Shown: positions 39,461 to 54,300 of the stretch, in pieces
Layout: each line of letters starts with the position of its first letter
Numbering within the stretch: position 1 is the first letter of the stretch
From: Octopus sinensis
Taxonomy: Eukaryota
DNA: 64,000 bases
Assembly: GCF_006345805.1 (NCBI RefSeq)
Contig: NC_042999.1
Coordinates: 19,778,001-19,842,000, forward strand
Direction of reading: 5' to 3'
Notes under the pieces: generated by a model
Seen by the model: only the letters and a program-made list of their open reading frames with translations
What the model was told of the DNA's origin: nothing
The model's database searches: none
Position numbers and translations under genes: made by a program

Positions 39461-41479
39461 TATTTTCTTCCCCATCACCACCGTCTTCCCATCACTGCTC
39501 CCGGCACAATTATTCACTTTCTCCAGACTAGCTTCTCCTCCTAATTCCTGAATTTCCTTTTCCCCACCCAGACGACCTGTTTTTCTACTCTAACTTCCTC
39601 TTCCTCCGTCCTATCTTTTTTTCCTCCATCGCATCTGCTCCATCAATCTTAACATTCTTCACTTCCTCCATCCTATCTTACCCTTCCTCTACTCTAATAT
39701 CCCATTCCACCACCCTAACTTCCCCTTCCACCGTCGTAACTTTCCCTTCCGCCATCGTAACTTCCCATTCCTCCATCTTATCGTTCTCTTCCTCAAAACA
39801 AAAAAATGCCTTTCTCCACCTAAATTCCGTCGTAACTTTCTCTTCCTCTGTCCTAACTTCCTTTCCTCCATCGTAACTTTCACTTCCTCCATCCTATATT
39901 TCCTTTCCTTCATCATAACCTCTTCATCCACACTATCCACACTCACCCTTTGTCTATTTTCAGCACTTTCTTTAGGTCCACTAACAGCAAACCCTCTTCG
40001 TCCCTTCTCGAAACTCCCTTTTTCTTCATTATTACCATTCACACTACTCGCGCATCCCTCCTCACAATAAAACCATGGCATTATGTTATAAGCAAGTAAC
40101 AACTCAATATGAATCAACCCCCACCGCCCAATATTAAGCAATTGTTGTATCCGATCGGCAAGCAATGTCACCCCACAACCCATCGCTACCAATGCATGAC
40201 CCTTTGTTGCTTACAATAACCCACGAACGTTGCCTCAACAAACTCTAACGTCATGAAAGCAAAATATCCTAGATACAAGCAAGAAATAACCCGAAACAAT
40301 GACTGCATGAATAAAGTAAACAATCGTAGCTAATTTGTAATACATTCTCTCACGCTTCTCACTCCAACTCCGACTAATTTCTTACGCTCATTAGCAACCC
40401 TCTTGACTCCATTCTTACTCCTCTGTCAACGAATTACTCTCTATCACTAGCCACCTCCTTCACTCCATTCACACTTCTCACTCCACTATCTAATCCCGCA
40501 TCACTGATTGCGCTACTCTACCAGCTGATTCCACTATTCTACCAACTGCCGCAAATCCTTCACCAAGAAATCCCATTCCCATAGTAGCTACTCCCACTTC
40601 TCTACCATTAACTTCCATTTCCCTACTAGCTTCTTCCACTCCCCTACCAATTACTCCCATTTTACTACCAATAAATTCTGCTCCAATACCACACAATTCC
40701 ACTCCATAAGCACTCATTTTCCCTATTCCTCTAATGATTTCTCCCATATATATCTCATTACTATTCAATTCAATAGCTGTAGAACCATCTGGTATTCCTA
40801 CATTGTCACTACTTTCTCTGATATTATTAGCAACCCTTTCAAGATCTCCATCCTCTCCCTCTTCGGCTGTTGACATCCTGTCTGATTATCCCCAGAACTC
40901 CGATTAGTAAACTCCATTGTTAGCTCTGCTACTCCACCACTCCCTCCACATATATCACCACCACAGTCACCCTCTCCGCTGATGACCACTCACCACGTCA
41001 GTGGATGTCTATGTGAGTTTTCTCGTTTGAAGTTTCGTCAGTGAACCTGAATGACCGCTTCCTGAAAAAAAGAGAATAAAAAAGCAAAACTGAATTTAAT
41101 GCAACAAACCAAGACTCTAGACTAGGTATATTAGTCATATATATCTGTATGCATGTATGCTTATATGTACGTACGCACGTATGTATGTATGTATGTATGT
41201 ATGTATGTATGTATGTATGTATGTATGTATGTATGCATGCATGCATGTATGTATGTATGTATGTATGTATGTATGTATGTATGCATATAAGTACGCATGT
41301 ATGTAAGTATGCACGCATGTATGTATATACGTATGTACATATCATTGCGATTTAGTCAGTGAAGCTGAAACAGGCCTGCAGTTTCTTGTATCTGCATTTG
41401 TCTGGCCCATTAATTTTGGGAAAAAGCAATTGTAACGTATCAATTTGCATGTAGTGCTGTTTGTACAACCCTTCAGATT

Positions 41480-42163
41480 TTCATTAAGGCTAAGCTACTT
41501 GAGGTTGTAAACTCTTTGACTCTTTGTGCCAAAATGATGAATATCTAGTTACAGAAATACATCTGCTAATTCAAAGGGTAGCTGAAGCATTTGGTGGGTT
41601 GGCGTGACACTAATAACAATACAAAGTTGGCACTTTATAAATCGTTTGTCTTACCATCCCTGTTGTATTCATCTGAATCATGGAATTGTTTTGAAAGATA
41701 TTTCAAATTGTTAGAATGATTCCACCCAAAACGCCGTCGTCACATTTTAAACATTAAATGGGAATTTTTCTTTTTACATCTGAAAAACCAAAGATGGTCT
41801 GGCCATAATGTCGGATGAACGCACGCCTAAACAGCTGTATTATCGCAAGCTTCAAGAGTGGAAGAGCAATCAATGTAAACGTAATAAAAGGTTAAAAAAC
41901 GGCATAAGGACTACCATGAAGTCATTTGGAATGAACCCAAAGGCCACAGAAACCCTTACTTCGGGTCAACCTGGATGGCGAACACCAGTGTGGAGTGGAG
42001 TGAAAGCATTTGTGGAGGCCAGGTGGACAAATGCAAGGCTCAAGAGAGACATAAAAGAAGAATGTTGCGATCAATGAGAAGGTGAATCTCAGCGAACATT
42101 TTGCGTGCAGTTTGTGACATTCCTTGCCTTTCTTTTGCTGGGATGCAATCTCATTTGCGGACC

Positions 42164-42164
<1 letters not shown>
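41480..42164 (+). pseudogene. RTE-clade LINE 3' portion, decayed
   Basis: TKLALYKSFVLPSLLYSSESW; MSDERTPKQLYY; terminal CAVCDIPCLSFAGMQSHLRT running directly into (TATC)n. Confidence 0.8.
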
Positions 42165-42255
<91 letters not shown>

Positions 42256-42261
42256 ATATCT

Positions 42262-43014
42262 GATGCGGGCAGAGCGACGAAACCGTTCTGCACGCAATCG
42301 TGCAGTGTCCAACAATCTCCGACCTGTGGGCTTGTGTCGAACGACTGCTGTCACGTGTGGGACATGTCGGTTTATCAGTTGAGTCTATCGTTGATATCGT
42401 CACGCCCCCTTCCTTCAAACGGGAAGGAAGAGCTATTTTTATCATACTTGTGGCTATGGCGAAAGAATGTATCTGGTGGACGCGCCTGAAAGGATTAGAG
42501 ACATACACTTTCCTCTCTGGTCAATCTCTCATCAACTTCTTCAAGTATCACTTGAAGAGGAAAGTGAGAGTAGAGAGGCAAGTTTTGTCTAGTGAATGTT
42601 TTAAAAAAAGATTGGTGAATGTAGCAAGGATGGCACGTATGAATGATGAAGCCCCCTTGACTATGATTCTATGAGCCGTAAAAATTAATACAGAGAGTTG
42701 CTTATTTGCAAAAAAAAAAGAAATATATCATGTGACTTCATTGACCGAGGTTACCGTGGTCTTTTCCGTAGGCTTTTCTTTCCACGGGTAAACCTCACCT
42801 GTCCTCCCCTTTACACTTCCTATTGACATTTCTGTGATAACGATCCCTATTGATCAATTTTTTCCTCACCTCCCCCTTTTTTTATCCTCTTTCTTTCCAT
42901 TTACGATCCCTTTTGATCGGAAACCAAACCCCCTTCTTTTACCCCCAACAGAAAAGCTCTACCTTGTAATTTTGTCCTGTCTGTGTGCAGCCCTGTGTGG
43001 CTAATAAAGAAACA
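42262..43014 (+). mobile_element. Tx1 copy A (5'-truncated: zinc finger to 3' end)
   Basis: Begins at gatgcgggcagagcgacg (CGQSDETVLH region) after (TATC)n. Ends aataaagaaaca|tatc. Confidence 0.9.
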
Positions 43015-43038
43015 TATCTATCTATCTATCTATCTATC

Positions 43039-43244
43039 ATGACACTGTGGTACACGATCCCTATTGATCGTTTATTTTTGTTGCTTTTTGTTTCTTCTCC
43101 TTTTTTTCTTCTTCTTTCTGCTTTTCCTTTTACGATCCCTTTTGATCGAAAACCTACCCCACCTTTATATATTTTTCTCTCCCCCCAAAACAGTTTCTAA
43201 TCTGTCCCGTCTGTGTCTAGCCATGTGTGGCTAATAAAGAAACA
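43039..43244 (+). mobile_element. Tx1 copy B (3' UTR only)
   Basis: Start matches the copy D UTR (tcataacactgtgatacacgatcc). Ends aataaagaaaca|tatc. Confidence 0.8.
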
Positions 43245-43338
<94 letters not shown>

Positions 43339-43377
43339 CCTATCTATCTATCTATCCATCTATCCATCTATCTATCT

Positions 43378-44164
43378 GTTGATGATAAAGGGACAGAGAA
43401 AGGGATTTCAAAAATGAATACAAACGAAAACATGAATGCCAGCACCACCACCATCACCACCAACAACAACAACAACGAAATTGGCACAAAGCCGCCTACC
43501 AAAGACAACACCAACACCACTACTACGACGTCAAATGCTACATCCAAGCCTTCTGCTGCTAATACCGCCAACACCAACACCACTACCATGACTTCAATTA
43601 ACACTGCCACAATTAACACTTCTACTGCCAAATTCAAAACGAATTTTGCGGACGTAACAAAACAAAAAAGAACAATTGTAACATTCACCACACAAGAGAT
43701 AAACCGCACAAAGGCACTCTTCTCCAAAGAAGGAGACAAATTGCACCTTCATATTCCACAACACATCGTGGAAAACACGCAAAAAAAAACAATAATTTAT
43801 AAAGTAATAAACAAAAAAACAAGAAGAACAGAAAATGCACCGCAGGAAAAAATCGATAAATGCCTTCGTCCTGTATGGGACTCCAAGGAATATATCAGTT
43901 GGGGAAACAAATTTGGTACAGTCCAAGTACGTTTCCTCAACGAAAGTTTAGCAAAACGTTTTTCCACATTGGAGCTACATTCGGACGACTTGGTAATGAT
44001 ACCAGTCTATTTAAACAAAAGGGTCACGAAAATCCAAATAAAAAACATACCATTTGATGTCGAAACACAATGGGTGGTCTCTGCCATCTGCTTTGAAATG
44101 TCAGAGACAATGTCAGAGACAAACATCCTGGAAATCGCGGTTCTAGGAGAGAAAGACTATGTGG
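43378..44164 (+). mobile_element. Tx1 copy C, ORF1 part up to the assembly gap
   Basis: ORF1 NFADVTKQKRTIV...LAKRFSTLELHSDD. Nearly identical to 45557-46360. Confidence 0.85.
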
Positions 44165-44264
44165 NNNNNNNNNNNNNNNNNNNNNNNNNNNNNNNNNNNN
44201 NNNNNNNNNNNNNNNNNNNNNNNNNNNNNNNNNNNNNNNNNNNNNNNNNNNNNNNNNNNNNNNN
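44165..44264. other. Assembly gap (100 N)
   Basis: Run of N. Confidence 1.
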
Positions 44265-44351
<87 letters not shown>

Positions 44352-44357
44352 ATATCT

Positions 44358-45421
44358 GATGCGGGCAGAGCGACGAAACCGTTCTGCACGCAATCGTGCA
44401 GTGTCCAACAATCTCCGACCTGTGGGCTTGGTGTCGAACGACTGCTGTCACGTGTGGGACATGTCGGTTTATCAGTTGAGTCTATCGTTGATATCGTCAC
44501 GCCCCTTCCTTCAAACGGGAAGGAAGAGCTATTTTTATCATACTTGTGGCTATGGGCGAAAGAATGTATCTGGGGACGCGCCTGAAAGGATAGAGGACAT
44601 ACACTTTCCTCTCTGGTCAATCTCTCATCAACTTCTTCAAGTATCACTTGAAGAGGAAAGTGAGAGTAGAGAGGCAAGTTTTGTCTAGTGAATGTTTTAA
44701 AAAAAAGATTGGTGATGTAGCAAGGATGGCACGTATGAATGATGAAGCCCCTTGACTATATTCTATGAGCCGTAAAAATTAATACAGAGAGTTGCTTATT
44801 TGCAAAAAAAAAAGAAATATATCATGTGACTTCATTGACCGAGGTTACCGTGGTCTTTTCCGTAGGGCTTTTCTTTCCACGGGTAAACCTCACCTGTCCT
44901 CCCCTTTACACTTCCTATTGACATTTCTGTGATAACGATCCCTATTGATCATTTTTTCCTCACCTCCCCCTTTTTTTTATCCTCTTTCTTTCCATTTTAC
45001 GATCCCTTTGATCGGAAACCAAACCCCCTTCTTTTAACTTTACCCAAACAGCCAACAAAAAGCTCTACCTTGTAATTTGTGTCCTGTCTGTGTGCAGCCC
45101 TGTGTGGCTAATAAAGAAACATATCTATCTATCTATCTATCTATCATGAATGTGTACACGATCCCTATTGATCGTTTATTTTGTTCTTGTTCTCTTCGTT
45201 CTTCTCCTCTTCTGTTAATTTCTTTATGTTCGCTTTTGATTTTCTTCTTTTCTCTGCTTTCTTCTTGTCCTATCCCCTTTTTATCTTCTTGTTCTCTTTC
45301 CTTTTAAATCGATCCTTTTGATCGAAAAACCTCCCCACCTTAATATTTTTTTCTCTCCCCCCAAAACAGTTTCTAATCTGTCCCGTCTGTGTCTAGCCAT
45401 GTGTGGCTAATAAAGAAAACA
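44358..45421 (+). mobile_element. Repeat of Tx1 copies A and B (A', B')
   Basis: Same breakpoints as 42262-43244. Differences are mostly indels. Confidence 0.85.
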
Positions 45422-45450
45422 TATCTATCTATCTATCTATCTATCTATCT

Positions 45451-45517
<67 letters not shown>

Positions 45518-45556
45518 CCAATCTATCTAACTATCCATCTTCCCATCTATCTATCT

Positions 45557-48500
45557 GTTGATGATAAAGGGACAGAGAAAGGGATTTCAAAATGAATACA
45601 AACGAAAACATGAATGCCAGCACCACCACCACACCATCACCACCAAAACAACACAACGAAATTGGCACAAAGCCGCCTACCAAAGACAACACCAACACCA
45701 CTACTACGAACGTCAAATGCTACATCCAAGCCTTCTGCTGCTAATAATACCGCCAACACCAACACCACTACCATGACTTCAATTAACACTGCCACAATTA
45801 AACACTTCTACTTCCCAACTTTGCCATTCAAAACGAATTTTGCGGACGTAACAAAACAAAAAAGAACAATTGTAACACATTCACCACACAAGAGATAAAC
45901 CGCACAAAGGCACTCTTCTCCAAAGAGGAGACAAATTGCACCTTCATATTCCACAACACATCGTGGAAAACACGCAAAAAAAAACAATAATTTATAAAGT
46001 AATAAACAAAAAAAAAACAAGAAGAACAGAAAATGCACCGCAGGAAAAAATCGATAAATGCCTTCGTTCGTCTGTATGGGACTCCAAGGAATATATCAGT
46101 TGGGGAAACAAATTTGGTACAGTCCAAGTACGTTTCCTCAACGAAAGTTTAGCAAAACGTTTTTCCACATTGGAGCTACATTCGGACGACTTGGTAATGA
46201 TACCAGTCTATTTAAACAAAAGGGTCACGAAAGTCCAAATAAAAAAAATACCATTTGATGTCGAAACACATGGGTGGTCTCTGCCATCTGCTTTGAAATG
46301 TCAGAGACAATGTCAGAGACAAACATCCTGGAAATCGCGGTTCTAGGAGAGAAAGACTATGTGGGCAAATCAATCGAATTCCTGCTTCAATTGGATGAAG
46401 CAGCAAGAGAGAAGATACCCACCGCTATAGAACTGCCAGGAGGCTACAAACTCTATATAGTGGTAGAGGGCAGGCGACCACGCTGCTATTTGTGTGGAAG
46501 CGAAACAACTTGAAAAAGACGTGCCCAACCACTGCACACCAAGAGCAACAACAACAACCACTACCACAACCAAAGCACTCCGGAAAAAAGCTCTACTACT
46601 ACTACCCCCACACACCATCAACACAGAAGACGACAAGAGAAGCACACCAAGCTAATCCGTCATCAACCAAAAACCACTCGACACACCTGGAAAAATACCA
46701 ACACTACCATCTCAACAGCAAAACCCAAAGGAACAGAAAAACAGAAAACACACACAAACTGATCCCCCATCCCTTATACCGCACTCAACACACACAAACA
46801 CTCAACAACCAACAACAACGAAAACAACAACACAACCACTTACACAGACATACATAGAAGCCCACAACATACCCCTACCCCCTTCTGATTCCTCAGAAAT
46901 TTCGTCGGAAGACGAAACCAGTGAGGAATGGCAAATAGCTACAAAAAGAAGGAAATAAAGAGCAGAAACACAACCAAACCAAATGCAAACACGAACAAAG
47001 CAGGGGGAAATACATCTCCCGAAGACATTTCAAAACCCAACGCAAACAACAGCCACACCAACACCACAAAACATATACAGCAAACATGCTCACAGCCATA
47101 GACACCAAAAACACACAAATTTGATGGAATACATCCAATCAAAAACAAACATAACAGAAGATGACATAAAAACAAACAACACCCATATACACACACCACC
47201 AGACAGACCACATCAAAATAATACACATCTCCAAAAGTCTGCACCACACACTCAAAGGCATTTTCCCCAGTGCGGTTGGTAAATGCCAAAAATATCTCAC
47301 AAAGAAACTGTACTGGGATCTTCTCGAGGACAAACCAACGGAGGAGAAAGCAAAAACTTTCGAGCAGTAAGTAACCCTCTGTATTCTAATTCATTAGAAC
47401 TATGATCAAGATTGGTTGTGTAAATGCGCGTGGCTTGGGGTCCCCTTGGAAACAAGGGTACCTCTTAAATGACATAAAGTCACATAGTTAGAAATCATAG
47501 CCATAAGCGAGACCAGACTCCACAATCCGCGGGCCCTAAAGACCATGTTTGGCGGACAGTTCAACATTTATTTTTCCCCCTGTCTGCCGAGAATGGGCGG
47601 TAGTGGCACCGCGGTACTTTTACACCACAAGAGTCTGGATCTCAATGTAAGGACAATATTCGTAGACCCGGAGGGTAGACTGGTCGTCCTGGATGTCGAC
47701 GGCAGCAATGGGTGCGCTTTTCGGCTCGTCGTATCAGTTTACGCACCGCCCTTAACAGGTCGGGCGGATTTCTTTCAACACGTCTAGAAGTTTTCTTGGG
47801 AACGTCTCGTCCTTTACTCTTAGTGGGGGATTGGAATGCTACCTTGGACACGCATGTAGACTACGTGGGTAGAGATAGGAATAGACGGGGATGCAAATGC
47901 CTCAGAGACCTGCTCAGACGCTTTCAACTGTCTGTCTGACAGGTTTCGACTAGACCACCCGAATGCGCCAACGTGGACATGGAGCAACCGCATCGGGTCG
48001 TCGAGATCGTATCTAGATAGGATACTGTGTAGGACAGTAGATAGAGATAGCATAGGATGTCCACAATTCCACATAGTCAGCTACACGGATCACAAACTTG
48101 TGACATGTACGCTAGACTTAGGTAAGACACTTAGGCAGGGTCCCGGATACTGGAAACTAAACGCGTCTTTCCCATCGAGACAATTTTCAGAGACCGGATT
48201 AGCACACTAGTAAAAGAGGGCTTTGACGGGAGCCATCATCAACAACAAATGGTGGTTTGCCCTCAAGAGAGCAGTAAAAGCAGAAGCGATTAGGTACAGC
48301 AAAGCACTAGCCATAGATAGAAATAGAGTAGAGGGTGAGCTAGTTAAGAAGCTAGAAGAGGCAATTAGAAGCGGATCGCATCGCATCCGACGTTTGGCGG
48401 CGAGGTTGGCCCTCGACCAACACTTCAACGCCAAACACGAAGGATGTGCTGTCAGAGCTAGGATGCGTGCTCTAAGGAACGAAGGTGTTGGAGCCGCGAG

Positions 48501-51088
48501 AGAGGCCCGGGTGGCAGAGGCGCAACAGGGCAACAAAGCCACCATTCGGTCACTGGTAGATGAACAGGGGCGCGAATTGCTCGAGCCAAGTAAAATGTGT
48601 GAGGCCTTTCAGCAGCATTTTGCCCGACTGTTCGGAACGAGTGGAGGGCAAGAACGTAGGGTGGACTTCAGTGCCTACCTACATAGCCTACCACGACTCT
48701 CGACAAGAAAGGCAGGGTGCTGCGAAGGTGCCATCACGGCGGCGGAAGTGCGGGAAGCGATGGCAGAATGCTCGAGGGACAAACTCACCGGGTTTGGATG
48801 GTCTACCCTACGAGCTTTACAATTGTATGCCAGACTTGTTTGGAGATCTCTTGGCGGCGGTGTACTGCAACTGGCAGCAAAACGGGAGCATTCCTGGTTT
48901 TGTGAGCCGAGGAGCCGTAACACTGCTGAAGAAAGATCTAAACAAGGGAAATGTAATAGATAACTTTAGGCCCATCACTCTGCTTAATGCAGACTTGAAA
49001 TTTTGGCCAAGGTGCTAGCCAAGAGGTTGGCGCTTGTCATCGAGAAACTGGTCGACAAGGCGCAAACATGCGCCGTGCCAGGCCGGACCATCCATGACAA
49101 CCTCCATCTGATGATGCGCTACATCATAGACAGGGTAGTTAACGAACCTGGCATGGGTGGGGCCCTGATCAACTTGGATCAATCAAAAGCCTTTGATAGG
49201 GTAGACCATCGATACTTGGAGGCAGTCCTGAGAGCGGCTGGTTTCGGTCCCGTCTTCCGCGGCTGGATAGCTGCCTTGTACAGAGGCATCCGTTCGGTAA
49301 TTCGCGTAAATGGACATCTATCGAGACCTTTCGACATTGCACGTTCGGTCCGTCAGGGATGCCCCCTCTCGGCGCTTCTATACGTATTGACTCTTGAGCC
49401 ACTACTGCGGAAGCTGGCGACTCTAAGGGGCATCCCGCGAGAATTGGGATGCGGGACGAGCGTGTCTGCATACGCGGACGACGTCACCGTCATAGTGTCT
49501 AGCCACGAGCACATCGAGCTGGTCGGCGAGACACTGAAAAACTACGAAGCGGTGACAGGAGCGAAAATCAACCGGGAAAAGTCAGTGGGCTTGCGACTAG
49601 GCACCTGGAGAAGCAAGCCCATGCCGTCCACCAGCGCCTCCGTCGTGGGACGCTGGACCGACGGCCCGGTTGAGTTGCTCGGGGTCTGGTTTGGTCCGGA
49701 CCTCCAAGTGGAGAAGAACTGGAACGAGATAACGAGTAGGGTGGTCACTCTCGCCCGGCAATGGGCCGAGAGGAAACTGTCCCTAAAAGGTCGAGCGGAG
49801 GTGGCGAACACGTACATCGCGTCCGTCATCTACTACCCCTGACCGTCGTACCTTGTCCCGACCCTACCATCACCACACAAACTACAACGCATCCTCTTTC
49901 GCTTCTTGTGGAAAGGATGCGTCCCGATGGTCAGGCGATCCATTTGCTGTCAACACCCGTTAAAAGGAGGGCTGGGCATGCCGTGGTTGATGATGCGCAG
50001 ACACGCGCTGAGACTGCGACATCTCTGGCTCTATGTAGACGACGGTGAACAGGTGTGGTCGCCGTTTGTGAGGCACGCTTTCCCGCAGCTCGTCTCCATG
50101 ACCGAACTGCAGTCGTGGATCAAAAAGAGGCCGAGGAAGGGCGAATGGCACCGCGAGTGTCGCGTTGCTCTCAAGCAACTCTGCCGTCCTGGGTCGACCT
50201 TAAGTGACTTCAACACAACCAAAGCATTCTATAGGGGTTTAGTGGAGGGGAGGTACGACGACGAGCTCGGGGCGAACCTGGACGTCGACGAGGAGTACCT
50301 GACCCGCCTGTTCGGGACGACTTTCGGGCCAGGGCCCATGGACAACTTCCAGAGATCCCTGGCCTGGCAGTGCTACCGAGAAGCGCTACCCGTTCGGGAT
50401 AAGCTCTACAGACACGGCTCGAGAAACACGGGGCCGACCTGCCCGAGATGCGGTCAGAGCGACGAAACCGTTCTGCACGCACTCGTTCAGTGTCCAACAA
50501 TTTCCGACCTGTGGGCTTATGTCGAACAACTGCTGTCACGTGTGGACGAGTCGGTTTATCAGCTGAGTCTATCGTCAATATTGTCACGCCCTCTTCCTTC
50601 AAACGGGAAGGAAGAGCTATTTTCATCATCCTTGTGGCTATGGCGAAAGAATGTATCTGGTGGACGCGTCTGAAAGGATTGGAGACAAACACTTTCCTCT
50701 CTGGTCAATCTCTCATCAACTTCTTCAAGTACCACTTGAAAAGGAAGTGAGAGTAGAGAGGCAAGTTTTGTCTAGCGAATGTTTTAAAAAAAGATGGGTG
50801 AATGTAGCAAGAATGGCACGTATGAATGACGAAGCCACCTTGAGCATAGTCCTATGAACCCAGAAATCGAAAACAGAGAGTTGCTTATTTGCAAAAAAAA
50901 AAAAAAAAAAAAAAAAAAGAAATATAAAATGTGACTTCATTGACCGAGGTTACCGTGGTCTTTTCCGCAGGCTTTTCTTTCCACGGGTAAACCTCACCTG
51001 TCCTCCCCCCTTTACCCTTCTATTGACATTTTTTTGATAACGATCCCCTATTGATCATTTTTTTGTTCTTTTCCTTTCCTCCCCTCTC

Positions 51089-51133
<45 letters not shown>

Positions 51134-51195
51134 CCCCCTTATTTTTGTTCCTCTTTCTCTCCTTTTTACGATCCCTTTTGATCGAACCCCCCCTT

Positions 51196-51228
<33 letters not shown>

Positions 51229-51310
51229 CTTAATATTACCTTCAAAAGAAAAGCTCTACCCCTTGTAATTTGTTCTATCTGTGTGCAGCCACTGTGTGGC
51301 TATAAGACAA
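45557..51310 (+). mobile_element. Near-full-length Tx1-clade LINE (copy C'): ORF1 to 47370, ORF2 47402-50857, frameshifted
   Basis: ORF1 RCYLCGSET-x-LKKTCP knuckle. ORF2 APE (VNARGL, LVGDWNA, YLDRIL, YTDHKL), RT (KAFDRVDH, SVRQGCPLS, YADD) and CPRCGQSDETVLHALVQC. Confidence 0.95.
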
Positions 51311-51322
51311 TATCTATCTATC

Positions 51323-54300
51323 ACAATGGACGGACGCTAGTCATATCGGCTCCACGTAAGTTGCCACTTTTACATGTTTAAACTCCTTGTTGTCAAATAT
51401 TTTGTTTTAATCGTTGTGAAAGTTCATTCACTAAAAAACCTGAGAATTATTCACGTAGAATTCCGCCCCTTGTATGGGCGAAATTACCAAAACTTTCAAA
51501 ACTTAGTTGTTCTTTTTAGCCATTTTTCATTTTGAAAATGGCAACTAGAAACCACGTGGTTAGCCCGCCAGTCATGCAGAACGGTAGCGAAACACATTGC
51601 TACCACTAGCTGCTAAACCTCGCAGCTTGAACACCGCTGTCACCAACACCACCACCAACAACAACAACAGCAAAACTAACGTCGCGAACCGAAGACATTA
51701 ACTTAGATTTTCCCCCACTCCTACACACCACTTGTCGATGATAAAGGACGGAGAAAGGGATTTCAAACGAATACAGACGAAAACATGAATGCCAGCACCA
51801 CCACCATCACCACAAACAACAACAACAACGAAATGAGGCACAAAGCCGCCTACCAAAGACAACACCGCCAACACCAACACCACTACTACGACTTCAACTG
51901 CTACAACTAACCTTCTCTGCTGCTAACACCACCAACAACAACCACACACCACTACCACGACTTCAACTTTCTGCTACAATTAACCTTTCTGCTGCTAAAA
52001 CGAATTTTGCGGATGTGACAAAACAAAAACGAACAATTGTAAAATTCACCACACAGAAATAAACCGCACAAAAGCACTCTTCACACTCTTCAACCAAAGA
52101 AGGAGACAAATGCACCTTCACATTCCACAACACATCGTGGAAAACACACAAAAAAACAATAATTTATAAAGTAATAAACAAGAAAACAAGACGAACAGAA
52201 AATGCACCGCATGAAAAGATTGAAAAATGCCTTCGTCCTGCATGGGACTCCAAGGAATATATCAGTTGGGGAAATAAATTTGGTACAGTCCAAGTACGTT
52301 TCCTCAACGAAAATTTAGCAAAACGTTTTTCCACATTGGAGCTGCATTCGGACGACTTGGTAATGATACCAGTCTATTTAAACAAGAGAGTCACGAAAGT
52401 CCAAATAAAAAACGTGCCACTTGAATCGGAACACAATGGTTAGTCTCTGCCATCTGCTTTGAAATGACAGAGACAATGTCAGAGACAAACATCCTTGAAA
52501 TCGCTGTTCTAGGAGAGAAAGACTATGTGGGAAAATCAATCGAATTCCTTCTTCATTTGGATGAAGCAGCAAGAGAGAAGATACCCACCACTATAGAACT
52601 GCCAGGAGGCTACAAACTTTATGTAGTGGTAGAGGGCAGGCGACCACGCTGCTATTTGTGTGGAAGCGAATAAGACGTGCCCAACCACTGCACACCAAAA
52701 GCAACAACAACAACCACTACCACAACCAAAGCACTCCGGAAAAAAAAGCTCTACTACCCACACCACCATCAACACAGAAGACGACAAGAGAAGCACACCA
52801 AGCTAATCCGTCATCAACCAAAAACCACTCAACACCTGAAAAAATACCAACACACACCAACAACAGCAAGAACCAAAGGAACAGAAAAACAAAGAAAAGC
52901 ACACAAAACAAACTGACCCCCCATCCCTTATACCGCACTCAACACACACACAAACACTCAACAACCAACAACAACAACGAAACAACAACACAACCACTTA
53001 CACAGACATACATAGAAGCCTACAACATACCCCTACCCCCCTACTGATTCCTCAGAAATTTCGTCGGAAGACGAAACCAGTGAGGAATGGCAAATAGCTA
53101 CAAAAAGAAGGAAAATAAAGAGCAGAAACACAACCAAACAAAATGCAAACACGAACAAAGCAGGGGGAAATACATCTCCCGAAGACATTTCAAAACCCAA
53201 CACAAACAACAGTCACACCAACACCACAAAAATATATGCAGCAAACATGCTCACAGCTATAGACACCAAAAACACAAATTTGATGGAATACATCCAATCA
53301 AAAACAAACATAACAGAAGATGACATAAAAACAAATAATCACCCATACACAACACCACCAGACCACATCAAAATATTACACATCTCCAAAAGTCTGCACC
53401 ACACACTCAAAGCATTTTCCCCAGTGCGGTTGGTAAATGCCAAAAATATCTCACAAAGAACTGTACTGGGATCTCCTCGAGGACAAACCAAGGAGGAGAA
53501 AGCAAAAACTTTCGAGCAGTAAGTAACCCTCTGTTCCTTTCACTTGTATTCTAATTCATTAGGATTATGATCAAGATTGGTTGTGTAAATGCGCGTGGCT
53601 TGGGGTCCCCTTGGAAACAAGGGTACCTCTTAAATGACATAAAGTCACATAAGTTAGAAATCATAGCCATAAGTGAGACCAGACTCCACAATCCGCGGGC
53701 CCTAAAGACCATGTTTGGCGACAGTTCAACATTTATTTTCCCCCCTGTCTGCCGAGAATGATGGTAGTGGCACTACGCGGTACTTTTTCGCAAGAGTCTG
53801 GATCTCAAAGTAAGGACAATATTCGTAGACCCGGAGGGTAGACTCGTGTCTGTCCCTGTTTCGACTCGTAGCAGTGGGTGCGCACCGCCCGTATCAGCTC
53901 GGGCGGATTTCTTTCGGGCGGATTTCTTTCAACGTCTAGAAGTATTCTTGGGAACGTCTCGTCCTTTACTCTTAGTGGGGGATTGGAATGCTACCTTGGA
54001 CACGCATGTAGACTACGTGGGTAGAGATAGGAATAGACGGGATGCAAATGCCTCAGAGACCTGCTCAGACGCTTTCAACTGTCTGACAGGTTCCGACTAG
54101 ACCACCCGAATGCGCCAACGTGGACATGGAGCAACCGCATCGGGTCGTCGAGATCGTATCTAGATAGGATACTGTGTAGGACAGTAGACAGAGATAGCAT
54201 AGGATGTCCACAATTCCACATAGTCAGCTACACGGATCACAAACTTGTGACATATACGCTAGACTTAGGTAAGACACTTAGGCAGGGTCCCGGATACTGG

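Noticed and set aside
42165-46360. Apparent 2.1-kb tandem duplication (A-B-C versus A'-B'-C')
   Set aside because: The copies straddle a 100-N gap, have identical breakpoints and differ mostly by indels. This is most likely overlapping contig ends, so they were not counted as independent insertions.
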